Shown here one piece after another: positions 9,076 to 17,779 of a stretch of 32,000 nucleotides of DNA. The notes under the pieces were generated by a model, which saw only the letters and a list, made by a program, of their open reading frames with translations, made no database searches and had not been told where the DNA came from. Location: contig NZ_JBHSTI010000002.1 in assembly GCF_042660085.1 (NCBI RefSeq), positions 60,001 to 92,000 on the forward strand, in the 5' to 3' direction. A program made the position numbers and the translations under genes. How positions within the stretch are numbered: the first letter of the stretch is position 1; every line of letters begins with the position of its first letter. This stretch comes from Longivirga aurantiaca. Its GTDB lineage: Bacteria; Actinomycetota; Actinomycetes; S36-B12; CAIYMF01.

Positions 9076-10405
9076 GAGTCATCTTGATCTCCGCTCGCAG
9101 GCGGCTTCGGGGAGGTCGGCTTCCCTGCCGGGGCTTCGCGGTCACGGTGGACGCCTGATCGCGAGCGAGGAGACGGCCGCCATCGTCGAGCACGTCCGCG
9201 CCGGCGGACCAGGAGCCATGAGGTGGGGTTCGGGGCAGCTCGGCCCGTCCGACACGCGATACCAGGCGCTCGACCCCGACCTTGCGGCTCGGGCGCTGGC
9301 CTCGCTGCCGTCGCCTACTCAGGCTCGGATGGAAGGGCTGGCTGATCGGATTCGATCAGACTGCCTCCTCGCGGCGGGTCGGGAACGGGAGCACGAGCTG
9401 TCGCCCGGGGTCCGGGTGGTGCACCGCCGGGTGGCTGTCGATCGAGTCGGCCTGTACTTGCCGTCGGGGGGCTCGACGATCGGCGCGGTCTCCAGTCTCC
9501 TGTGGTACGCCTTCTGCGCGCGGGCCGCTGGTGTGCGATCGGTCGCCGTCGCGATCGATCCCCGGTCCCCTGAGTCCATGCACCAACTCGTGATGGCGGC
9601 CTGCCACATCGCGGGAGCGCACGAGGTCTACTCCGTCGGGGGCGCCGAGGCCATCGCCCTGCTCGCGTACGGTTCTGGAGGCTGCGACCCGGTCGATCTC
9701 ATCGCTGGGCCGGATGACCAGGAAAGCCGGGAAGCGAAGTCCCTTGTTTCCCCGGACGTCGACGTTCTTCATGTGGCGAGGACCCGTGCCTTCGCCATCC
9801 TCGCCGATAGATGGGCGAACCCGAACCTGGTGGCGGCGGACATCGTCGACGTCGCCGAGGGGAGGTCGTGGCGCGACGTGTTCCTGGTGACTCCAGGTGA
9901 AGGATTCGCCGAGGACGTAGTTGTGGCGGTTCAAGCACGGCTTCGACTCGGTCAGACCCACGCTGACCACGGGGAAGCGGCTCGCGACCCCCTGGGAACC
10001 GTTGCTCTCGTTGATGACATGGAGCACGCGCTGGCCGTCGTCGATACCTGTGCTCCGATGGATGTGGCGATCCATTCGGCGTATGCCTGGTCCTACGCCG
10101 CGCGCATCAGGCGCGCCGAGACGGTGTACGTCGGGGCACATAGTCCCTTCGCTCTGCGAAGTCTCGGGCTGACGAGACCGCTGGTCTCCACGACTCCCCA
10201 GGGCACGTCGCGCCGGGAGGTCTCGCCGGGCGACTTCCTGCGCGACGCTCGAGTCGTCCACTGCACGAGGCAGGGGCTGGAGTCGCTGTCGGACGAGTGC
10301 GAGAGTGCGGCGCACGCCGACTCCGCGACACCGACGAGCGCCGCCGTCGCGGCCCGCTGGGAGACGTCGATCGCCCACTCACGGACGCATGATCGGGGCC
10401 GATGA
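9071..10405 (+). CDS. Histidinol dehydrogenase-family protein, apparently catalytically degenerate
   Basis: HisD-like order of motifs: VDRVGLYLPSGGSTIGAVSSLLWYAFCARAAGV, GGAEAIALLAYG, DLIAGP, AADIVDVAEG, PLGTVALVDDMEHALAVVDTCAP. Canonical Zn and catalytic residues are replaced (see findings). Confidence 0.75.
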   Translation: MLSHLDLRSQAASGRSASLPGLRGHGGRLIASEETAAIVEHVRAGGPGAMRWGSGQLGPSDTRYQALDPDLAARALASLPSPTQARMEGLADRIRSDCLLAAGREREHELSPGVRVVHRRVAVDRVGLYLPSGGSTIGAVSSLLWYAFCARAAGVRSVAVAIDPRSPESMHQLVMAACHIAGAHEVYSVGGAEAIALLAYGSGGCDPVDLIAGPDDQESREAKSLVSPDVDVLHVARTRAFAILADRWANPNLVAADIVDVAEGRSWRDVFLVTPGEGFAEDVVVAVQARLRLGQTHADHGEAARDPLGTVALVDDMEHALAVVDTCAPMDVAIHSAYAWSYAARIRRAETVYVGAHSPFALRSLGLTRPLVSTTPQGTSRREVSPGDFLRDARVVHCTRQGLESLSDECESAAHADSATPTSAAVAARWETSIAHSRTHDRGR

Positions 10406-10622
10406 CGCGTCGCCGGCCCCGACGAAGCGGCGATGCGCTGCGCGCAACTGTGAAGATCCTCGCTCCTTCGCGGGTGTGATCGGCCCCGTAAGCCCTCCCA
10501 TCGCGGTCGGCCGGGCTCCCCACTCGTGACGCGCTGATCGCAGAGGACCCGGCGACTGCCGCTGACGCCGTCTCCCATCCCGGAGGACGGCTCGACCGCA
10601 GGCTGGGCTGTGCATTGACACA

Positions 10623-10639
10623 TGGCCTGTTACATGCCA
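10623..10639. promoter_or_regulatory. Candidate regulatory site TGGCCTGTTACATGCCA (imperfect palindrome)
   Basis: 7 of 8 base pairs symmetric around a central T; contains TGTTACATGC shared with 3583-3592; lies upstream of the hydrolase-oxygenase operon. Confidence 0.45.
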
Positions 10640-10671
10640 CAGTGCGAAATCGACACTGGAGGGTGATGTGA

Positions 10672-11523
10672 GTGGTTGAGGTACCTATGCCTGCGGCACG
10701 CGTTGTCGAGACGTCGGAGGCGGTGGTGTCCTATACGGATGTTGGCTCCGGTCCAGTCCTTCTGCTTCTGCATGGTGGCGGTCCCGGCGCGACAGGGCTG
10801 GGGAACTTCCGCGGCAACGTGGCCGACTTGGCCGACTCGTTCAGACTCCTCATCCCTGACCAGCCGGGCTTCGGTGCGTCAAGACTGAGCACGGACAGCG
10901 GCTTGCCTTACCCGGTGGTCTCGGCGAAGGCGATGATCGACCTGCTCGAGGCCCTCGGGATCGACCGAGCTCACGTGGTCGGCAACTCCATGGGTGGTGG
11001 AGTCGCCCTGCAGATGGCGCTCGCACGGCATGATCTCGTCGATCGGCTCGTCCTCATGGGCCCGTACCTGTGGGGCTTCGCACCTCAAGTTCTGTCCGCA
11101 GAGCCTGAGGGCGGGCCGCTGCTGAACAACTACTACCCGGACCCGACGCTGGAACGGGCCCGTCACTTGATCCGCACCTTCGTGTTCGACGCCGATCAGA
11201 TCCCCAACCTGGAGGAACTGGTCCGCGCTCGATACGAGGCGACCCTGGACCCGCAGGTCGAGGCGGGGTACATGCGCATGGTGACCTCGACGTCCCCCGA
11301 CCCCGACCCGCGCTCGGCGCTTGAGAAGGTGCGGAGCATCGACAACCAGACGTTGCTGTTGTGGGGCCGAGACGACAAGTTCTGCAACCTCGAGGACGCC
11401 TTCGCCTATCTGTCCGCCCTGCGGCACTCCGAACTCGTCGTGTTCCGCGACACCGGTCATTGGGTCATGGTGGAGCGCCGCACCGAGTTCGCGGCCCACA
11501 TGAAGGCTTTCCTCAACCGATGA
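10672..11523 (+). CDS. Alpha/beta hydrolase, meta-cleavage-product hydrolase (BphD/HsaD-like)
   Basis: LLLLHGGGPGATGLGNF; GNSMGG; WGRDDKF; TGHW; GTG start with upstream GGAGG. Confidence 0.85.
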   Translation: MVEVPMPAARVVETSEAVVSYTDVGSGPVLLLLHGGGPGATGLGNFRGNVADLADSFRLLIPDQPGFGASRLSTDSGLPYPVVSAKAMIDLLEALGIDRAHVVGNSMGGGVALQMALARHDLVDRLVLMGPYLWGFAPQVLSAEPEGGPLLNNYYPDPTLERARHLIRTFVFDADQIPNLEELVRARYEATLDPQVEAGYMRMVTSTSPDPDPRSALEKVRSIDNQTLLLWGRDDKFCNLEDAFAYLSALRHSELVVFRDTGHWVMVERRTEFAAHMKAFLNR

Positions 11524-11568
11524 ACCGCCTGTCCCGAGCACAGAAGTGTCGCCAACTGGAGGTGCCCC

Positions 11569-12795
11569 ATGACCATGCTTGACCCCACCGTAGGCGAACG
11601 TCGCGGCGCCCGAGTAAGCAGAGATGTCTACACCAGCGACGAGATCTACCGCTTGGAGAAGGAGCGGGTGTTCGGCCGCACCTGGCACTTCGCCTGCCTG
11701 ACAAGCGACCTCAAGAAGCCCGGTGACTTCTTCACGGTGACGGTCGCCGATCAGCCGCTCATCCTTCTTCGCGGCAACGATGATGTGATCCGGGCCTTCT
11801 TCAACGTGTGCACTCATCGAGCAGCAATCCTGACCGGACAGAAGTGCGGCAACTACGGCCGAGTGCTCAAGTGCATGTACCACGCGTGGGCGTTCAATCT
11901 CGAGGGAGAACTCGTCGGGGTGCCCTACGAGGAGGGCTACGGGCCTGACTTCGATCGCGGAGAGCTCGGCCTCGTCAGCGTCTCCGTGGACACCTTCTTC
12001 GATCTAGTCTTCGTCGCCATCAATCCCCGCGTTCCCTCGCTCGTCGACTATCTCGGGGAGATCGTCGACCACCTCGGCCCGTATGTTCAGGGCATCGAGG
12101 CGATCGGTAGGAACAGCTGGACGTATGAGGGCAACTGGAAGCTCTGGCACGAGAACTTCCGGGACAACTACCACCCCGAGTTCGCTCATCGCAACATCCA
12201 CGACATCATCCCGCACTACGCCGACCGCGGCGGCAACTGGGCGCTTGAGCCGGCACACTCGGTGCTCCAATGGGTGGCCGAGGCGCCCAACGCCAAGGCC
12301 TACATCCGAAGCCTTCGCCGATACAGCGGAGTCGAGTTCGCGGAGAACGACACACCCAGCTTCTCGAATCCCGAAGGCTTCCATGAAGCCCCGCAGGAGG
12401 TGCTGGCCGTCTTCCCCAACCTCGACGTCCAACCTGGCCCGAAGACTCGCGGTCGGGGCATGAAGGCCGGCTACATCCAGACGGTGACTCCGCTGAGTCC
12501 ATCCCGATCCCGGGTCGACATGGTCGTCTACTCGGCCGTCGACGATGATCCGGAGACGCGCGCGCGCAACCTCGAGAACCTCGCTGATTCGCAGGGCTCC
12601 TGGGGAAAGATCAGCGGGGACGACACCGAGGCCGCGCATCGCTGCCAGATGGGTGCGCAGGGAACCGGCACGCGGGAGAGCATCTTCACCCGTGGCGTCG
12701 CGCCCGGCAATGGCGGCCAAGACGCGGACCCGCGGGACGAATACTCCCTGCGCATCTTCTATCGCGCGTACGACGACTACCTCTCCGCGGAATAG
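11569..12795 (+). CDS. Aromatic ring-hydroxylating oxygenase, large (alpha) subunit
   Basis: Rieske motif C-T-H-(x16)-C-M-Y-H (NVCTHRAAILTGQKCGNYGRVLKCMYHAWAF) and mononuclear Fe motif DNYHPEFAH. Confidence 0.93.
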   Translation: MTMLDPTVGERRGARVSRDVYTSDEIYRLEKERVFGRTWHFACLTSDLKKPGDFFTVTVADQPLILLRGNDDVIRAFFNVCTHRAAILTGQKCGNYGRVLKCMYHAWAFNLEGELVGVPYEEGYGPDFDRGELGLVSVSVDTFFDLVFVAINPRVPSLVDYLGEIVDHLGPYVQGIEAIGRNSWTYEGNWKLWHENFRDNYHPEFAHRNIHDIIPHYADRGGNWALEPAHSVLQWVAEAPNAKAYIRSLRRYSGVEFAENDTPSFSNPEGFHEAPQEVLAVFPNLDVQPGPKTRGRGMKAGYIQTVTPLSPSRSRVDMVVYSAVDDDPETRARNLENLADSQGSWGKISGDDTEAAHRCQMGAQGTGTRESIFTRGVAPGNGGQDADPRDEYSLRIFYRAYDDYLSAE

Positions 12796-12839
12796 CGGCT
12801 TTGGCACCTCTGCGCACTACGGAACAGGACGGCCGACAC

Positions 12840-13325
12840 ATGTCTGATACGCGCTCGACCTCGGCGGCTCTCCGGAGCGAGCTCGAGGATTTCTATGCGC
12901 ACTACGCCGAGGCGATCGATCAGAAGCGCCCCAACGATTGGCTGAGCTTCTTCACGGATGAGGGAGTGAACGCGGCCGGCACGCACAACAACATCTCCAC
13001 GACCGGTATGTGGTGGTACGTCGATCGGGGGCTTGTCGATCTACGGGAACGGGCGGCGTACACCAACGGCTACCACTGGCACAACCCGGCCAAGACACTC
13101 CACGTGATCACGAACATCCGTGGCCATGAGCGTGACGACGCGGTGATCGAAGCCTCGGCCTACTTCGTGATGTTCGTCGCGGATCGTTCACAGGAGTCCC
13201 AGCTCCATGTCTGCGGTCGGTATGAGGACATGCTTGTTCGCCAAGGTGGGCGCCTCGTGTTCCAGGAGCATCGGGTAGTCATCGATGCCGAGACGGTTCC
13301 CCAGAACATGGGCGTCCTCCTGTGA
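12840..13325 (+). CDS. Aromatic ring-hydroxylating oxygenase, small (beta) subunit
   Basis: 161 aa NTF2-like protein directly downstream of the alpha subunit: ELEDFYAHYAEAIDQKRPNDWLSFFTDEGVN...YTNGYHWHNPAKTLHVITNIR. Confidence 0.85.
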   Translation: MSDTRSTSAALRSELEDFYAHYAEAIDQKRPNDWLSFFTDEGVNAAGTHNNISTTGMWWYVDRGLVDLRERAAYTNGYHWHNPAKTLHVITNIRGHERDDAVIEASAYFVMFVADRSQESQLHVCGRYEDMLVRQGGRLVFQEHRVVIDAETVPQNMGVLL

Positions 13326-14218
13326 GGGCGGACGGCGCTCAGGCTGATAGCCCACGAGAGGTCGTGGCCTGTGGCTACATCGGGCTGTCGTGCAATGCGC
13401 TGCAGGATTGGCGCACCTTCGCCGCGGACCTCGGCATGCAGGTCAGCAGTGACTCGACCGAGACGAGACTCCTCCTTCGCGTGGACGAGAGGGCGTTCCG
13501 CGTAAGCGTCGAACCGGGTGAGGACGCCGTTCGCTACGTGGGCTGGGAAGTCGCCTCCGAGCAGGGCCTCGATCGGCTTGCGGTACGCCTGTCCGCAGCC
13601 GGGATCGAATGCACCGAGTCACCGGATCTGGCGATCGAGCGAGGAGTGGATCGCTTGATCCGCACGGCGGACCCCGGGGGCAATGTTCTTGAGTTCTTCG
13701 TTGGTGCGCGCATCGCCCGAGAGCCCTTCGTCTCCCCCACCGGGGCGGTGTTCGTGACGAGCCATCGAGGCCGAGGCGATCTCGGTTTCGGTCATGTGGT
13801 CGTGACCTTCGACGACTACGAGGCGGCGCGCCACTTCTACATCGATCTGCTCGGGTTCGATGTCAGCGACATCTGCCTGCTGGAGCAGCCGTGGCTGTTC
13901 ACGCGCGTGAACCCGAGACACCATTCCCTTGCCTTCGGACACGTGCCGGGTCAGTCCGCCTATCACCACTTCATGCTCGAAGTGACAGACGAGGACACCG
14001 TCGGTCGTGCCCTTGATCGCTTCATGGATGCGGGAGCTCCGCTGACCGCCGGCCTGGGCCGTCACACCAATGACCTGATGCTCTCGTTCTACGTCCGCTC
14101 GCCGAGCGGCATCGAGGTCGAGTACGGCTGCCAGGGCCGGCTCATCGACGACAACGCCTGGTCCACTGCTACCTATGAATCCGACCGCATCTGGGGTCAC
14201 CGTCGGCTGGGGGGCTGA
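13322..14218 (+). CDS. Type I extradiol ring-cleavage dioxygenase (BphC-like, VOC fold)
   Basis: Two VOC modules; predicted Fe ligands in LGFGHVVV, YHHFMLEV and GIEVEYG; GTG overlaps the stop of the beta subunit. Confidence 0.9.
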   Translation: MRADGAQADSPREVVACGYIGLSCNALQDWRTFAADLGMQVSSDSTETRLLLRVDERAFRVSVEPGEDAVRYVGWEVASEQGLDRLAVRLSAAGIECTESPDLAIERGVDRLIRTADPGGNVLEFFVGARIAREPFVSPTGAVFVTSHRGRGDLGFGHVVVTFDDYEAARHFYIDLLGFDVSDICLLEQPWLFTRVNPRHHSLAFGHVPGQSAYHHFMLEVTDEDTVGRALDRFMDAGAPLTAGLGRHTNDLMLSFYVRSPSGIEVEYGCQGRLIDDNAWSTATYESDRIWGHRRLGG

Positions 14219-14277
14219 CTCGAGCACCGAGAGTGGTCGTCGGCTGCTTCAGGATCACCACAAGGAAGGCGAGAGAG

Positions 14278-14481
14278 TTGCGCGTATCGATAGACCTGAC
14301 GAGATGTGCCGGGTACGGGAACTGCGTGGATGCCGCGGAAGCCGTGTTCGAGATGAGCGACGTCGACGACATCGCCGTTGTACTCCTGGCGGAGCCTGGG
14401 CCGGACCTGTGGGAGTCCGTGAGGAAGGCCGCGCGAGTGTGCCCCGCCAACGCCATCGTGATCGATGAGGCTGACGAGTAG
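14278..14481 (+). CDS. Small iron-sulfur ferredoxin
   Basis: LRVSIDLTRCAGYGNCVDAAEAVFEM...AARVCPANAIVID; TTG start at 14278 chosen because of upstream AAGGAAGG (ORF track start is 14233). Confidence 0.82.
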   Translation: MRVSIDLTRCAGYGNCVDAAEAVFEMSDVDDIAVVLLAEPGPDLWESVRKAARVCPANAIVIDEADE

Positions 14482-14534
14482 CGAACGGGTGTCCACGTCC
14501 GGCCCGGCCACGCAACCTGTCTGAGGGATGTGAG

Positions 14535-15395
14535 ATGACGCTGTCGGACGACTCGCCATACAGCGAAGAGGGCACGAGCCGCTCCGTCGACTGGAGGGGT
14601 TCGGTCCTTCACTACCACGACGTCGGCGAGGGGGAGCCCATCGTCTTCCTCCACTCCTGGGGGATCGGGACGACGGCCTGGATCACCTGGAGCAAGGTCC
14701 TGAGGACCCTTGCTCCCCGGTTCCGCTGCCTTCTCCTGGACCTGCCGAACTTCACCCGGTCGGGTCCGATCTTCTCTGAGGAGTCGCGATACGACCTGCA
14801 GGCGTCGAGTGCGACAGCGCTCATGGACGCCCTCGGCCTAGAGCGCGCTCACATCGTCGGGAATTCGCAGGGTGCTCAGAGTGCGCTGCTACTGGCGACG
14901 AGATGGCCGCAGCGTGTGGACCGTCTGGTCGTCGGGGCGCATCACCTCGGAACGACCGGCGGCGAGTACCTTCTCGCGCTTGGCGAGGAGGAAGGGATTC
15001 GGCTCGGTCTTCGCGCGGAGGAGACTCCGACCCCCGACACCGTCCGTGCCTATCTTGAATGCCACCTTGATGACCATTCGTTGGTGACAGATGAGCTCAT
15101 CGAGTATCTGCTGCACGCACACGTCGAGAATCCGGCCATCGGAGTCGCACGAGAGTCGATGCAGTACGGCGAACCGCATGACCTCACCGGCGACCTGATC
15201 AACCTGGCGATCCCTACGCTCGTGATCTGGGGGAGGAACGATCGCGTCTGCCATGTCGAGATCGGCATTCGGACGATGAACCTCATCCCCGACAGCCGCT
15301 TGATCGTGATGAAGTCAACCGGGCACTGGCCTCCGTTCGAGCGCCCGGCCGAGTATGCCGATCACGTCGGCACGTTCCTGCAGGGAAGCTGGTGA
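14535..15395 (+). CDS. Alpha/beta hydrolase (meta-cleavage-product hydrolase-like)
   Basis: HYHDVGEGEPIVFLHSWGIG; nucleophile GNSQG; IWGRNDRVC; STGHWPPFE. Confidence 0.82.
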   Translation: MTLSDDSPYSEEGTSRSVDWRGSVLHYHDVGEGEPIVFLHSWGIGTTAWITWSKVLRTLAPRFRCLLLDLPNFTRSGPIFSEESRYDLQASSATALMDALGLERAHIVGNSQGAQSALLLATRWPQRVDRLVVGAHHLGTTGGEYLLALGEEEGIRLGLRAEETPTPDTVRAYLECHLDDHSLVTDELIEYLLHAHVENPAIGVARESMQYGEPHDLTGDLINLAIPTLVIWGRNDRVCHVEIGIRTMNLIPDSRLIVMKSTGHWPPFERPAEYADHVGTFLQGSW

Positions 15396-15542
15396 AGATC
15401 CCCGCTCAGGGGATCCCCGCTCACGGACCTGGCCGAGGACCCTGTGCGACCCATGCAGTGTCCTCGACGTCGCACGTGATCTACATCGGCGAGAGGGACC
15501 GTCTCTTTGCGCCGACGAGCCTCGGAGGTTCCCGTGCCTGAC

Positions 15543-15953
15543 ATGAGCATCATCGATCGTGAAGAACTTCTTCAGCGCGTTCTCCTAGCGGTGCTCTCGG
15601 TGGAACGGGTGGAGGACGGGCCCCTCGTGGCACCGGTCTGGTACGAGTACAGACCGACCGGGCAGTTCCTCCTTCTCGTCCCTTCATGGTCGCCCAAGGC
15701 CGCCCTCATGCGCCGGTGGGGACGTGCCTCCTTGTGCGTCTACCAGGATGGCGAGCCCCAGCGCTACGTGTCCGCCACGGGTTCCGTCGAGGTCCGCGAG
15801 CTGGACGAGGCCGAGTGCTACGCCGCGATGCTGTCCATGGCCGTTCGCTACGAGGGGCACGAGCGCGGTACGGAGGCTGCCGGGAGGCTGGCCCAGGATC
15901 CCGTGTCCCTGGTAACACTGACACCCCACCGCTGGCATGCCCAGGTGTTCTGA
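15543..15953 (+). CDS. Pyridoxamine 5'-phosphate oxidase-like (split-barrel flavin-binding) protein
   Basis: LLAVLSVERVEDGPLVAPVWYEYRPTGQFLLLVPSWSPKAALMRRWGRASLCVYQDGEPQRYVSATGSVEV. Start may be GTG 15534. Confidence 0.65.
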   Translation: MSIIDREELLQRVLLAVLSVERVEDGPLVAPVWYEYRPTGQFLLLVPSWSPKAALMRRWGRASLCVYQDGEPQRYVSATGSVEVRELDEAECYAAMLSMAVRYEGHERGTEAAGRLAQDPVSLVTLTPHRWHAQVF

Positions 15954-16123
15954 GTCGAGCAGCAGCGTGACTGGGACGAGCGGGTCGGCATGACGCGTAG
16001 TGCCCTCGACGACGTGCCCACCGGATTCGTCGGACTCCAACTCGCGATCCGAAGCATCCGCATGCGCCAACGGCGCGGCCGTCCAACGATCGTCAACAGG
16101 CAACACAGCCCTGGGAGGGATAG

Positions 16124-17389
16124 ATGTCCACCAGCACCAAGCACGACGTCGTCGTGGTCGGAGCCGGTCTTGCCGGTCTGCGCGCCGCTCGCGACCTCGC
16201 GGATGCCGGACGCCGCGTGCTCGTACTCGAGGCGCGAGACCGTGTCGGCGGCCGCGGGTGGACGTCGGCCTTCCCAGGGATCAACATCTCGGTCGAGCTA
16301 GGTGGCTCCTTCTTCACCGAACACCATTCACTTGTCGCACAAGAGCTGAAGCGCTACGGCCTCGGCGTTCTCGAACAGATCGACCCGGTGTCGTCAACGC
16401 GCTGGCACACCGGAGGCCAACTGCGCCTCGACACGCCCTTCTCGGGCGACGACGCGGCAAGCGCGGCTGCCCTGCAGCGTATGAACGACGACGCTGCGGC
16501 TATGGCGTCCGGAACCCAAGACCCGCGCTTCGAGCTGTCTCTTGACGGCTACCTCGACGCGATCAACGCCCCAGAACCCATGCGTGACTTGGCCTACGGA
16601 TGGTGGTCGATCACCGGCGGCGGCGACCCAGCCATCGGCTGCGTCAACGGCATCCTCGGTTCGATGATCTCCGAAGGACCGATTGGAGAACTGCAACCGA
16701 AACTCCCTTACGCACCCGACCCGGGGTGGAGCGCGCTCGCCCTGGCCATGGCCGCTACGGACGGCGTCGACCTCGAGTATGGCCAAGCGGTGTCGCAGGT
16801 GTTCCACGACGACGTCTCGGTGAGCGTGCGCACGGTGGACTCGACGTTCACCGCTGCGGCCGTCGTGATGGCGATCCCCGTGACCACCTACTCACGTGTT
16901 CGCTTCTCACCGTCGCTGCCCGATCGGCTCGAGGACGCGTTCGGCTGCAGCGCCGGCCAGGCGTTCAAGGTCTGGATGCTGACCCGCGGCGTCCCTCACC
17001 GGGCGCTGGCCTTCGGGCTCGGTCGTGGCCTCAACTTGCTCTACTGCGACCGAGTTGTTGGCGACAACACCCTGGTCCTCGGGATCGGGTGGCCGGTCCC
17101 CGGCTTCGATCCATCCCGACGAGAAGACCTTGAGTGCGGGCTCCAGCACTTCTTCCCGGAGTCCGAGCTGCTCGCGCACGTCACGCACGACTGGCTCACT
17201 GACCCAGCGAGTCTGGGCACCTGGGTCAACCCGATTGCCGGTCAGTCGCAGCGACTGACCCCCGCGGCCTGGGCGCCGACCGGGCGCCTCGCGTTCGCCT
17301 CCTCCGACTTCGCCGCCGAGCACTCCGGCTGGTTCGAGGGCGCACTGGTATCAGGCACGGCCGCCGCGCGCGCCATCCTGGAGCTCTGA
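16124..17389 (+). CDS. Flavin-dependent amine oxidase (monoamine oxidase-like)
   Basis: VVVVGAGLAGLRAARDLADAGRRVLVLEARDRVGGRGWT dinucleotide-binding motif; C-terminal GWFEGALVSGTAAARAI. Confidence 0.85.
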   Translation: MSTSTKHDVVVVGAGLAGLRAARDLADAGRRVLVLEARDRVGGRGWTSAFPGINISVELGGSFFTEHHSLVAQELKRYGLGVLEQIDPVSSTRWHTGGQLRLDTPFSGDDAASAAALQRMNDDAAAMASGTQDPRFELSLDGYLDAINAPEPMRDLAYGWWSITGGGDPAIGCVNGILGSMISEGPIGELQPKLPYAPDPGWSALALAMAATDGVDLEYGQAVSQVFHDDVSVSVRTVDSTFTAAAVVMAIPVTTYSRVRFSPSLPDRLEDAFGCSAGQAFKVWMLTRGVPHRALAFGLGRGLNLLYCDRVVGDNTLVLGIGWPVPGFDPSRREDLECGLQHFFPESELLAHVTHDWLTDPASLGTWVNPIAGQSQRLTPAAWAPTGRLAFASSDFAAEHSGWFEGALVSGTAAARAILEL

Positions 17390-17405
17390 CGGCCCGTGGT
17401 GCCGA

Positions 17406-17453
17406 TGACGCCCCACCGCTGGCATGCCCAGGTGCTCTGAGCCGGGCAGCGGT
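17406..17453 (+). repeat. Direct repeat copy of the 3' end of the PNPOx-like gene (15919-15966)
   Basis: TGACgCCCCACCGCTGGCATGCCCAGGTGcTCTGAGcCGgGCAGCgG matches 15919 onward with 5 mismatches in 47 nt; offset 1487 bp. Confidence 0.85.
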
Positions 17454-17480
17454 TCGATGGTGGTACTGAGCTTCGTGACG

Positions 17481-17745
17481 TCGGGAAGTTCGACGTGAGC
17501 GAGACGGCCTCAGCGGAGTACGTTCAGGCACATCCCGAGCCGGCTGACGAAGCCGGCTGTTGAGACTGCCGGCAGCACGGACCCGCAGGCCGTCACGGAT
17601 GCCGTCGTGGGCGCCAGCTACCACGGGCCCTTCGGCACGTGCGGCATTACCAAGGAGAAGTTGATGAGTTGCCCGACCGTCCTCACGCTCGTGCAGGGCA
17701 GCAACGCGACAGTGTCCGCTGGCACCGGACCGCCTCTGGTTCGCG
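17481..17745 (+). pseudogene. Decayed fragment of an SBP gene homologous to 885-2168
   Basis: GAGCGAGACGGCCTC(A/G)GCGGAGT and GCCGGCAGCACGGACCCGCAGGCCGTCA(C/T)GGATGCC...GGGCCCTTCGGCACGTGC...GAGAAG...ATGAGTTGCCCGACCGT are shared with 1727-2100. An approximately 150-bp internal segment is missing. Confidence 0.85.
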
Positions 17746-17779
17746 GACTTCACCTACGTCTCGACGTGGTCCTCGCACC

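Noticed and set aside
9356-10378. 340-aa minus-strand ORF opposite the HisD-like gene
   Set aside because: No recognisable domain; the plus strand keeps collinear HisD-family motifs over its whole length.
15392-15424. Short tandem repeat GATCCCCGCTCAGGG/GATCCCCGCTCACGG
   Set aside because: Only two copies, the second diverged; more likely chance or a small slippage event than a functional array.
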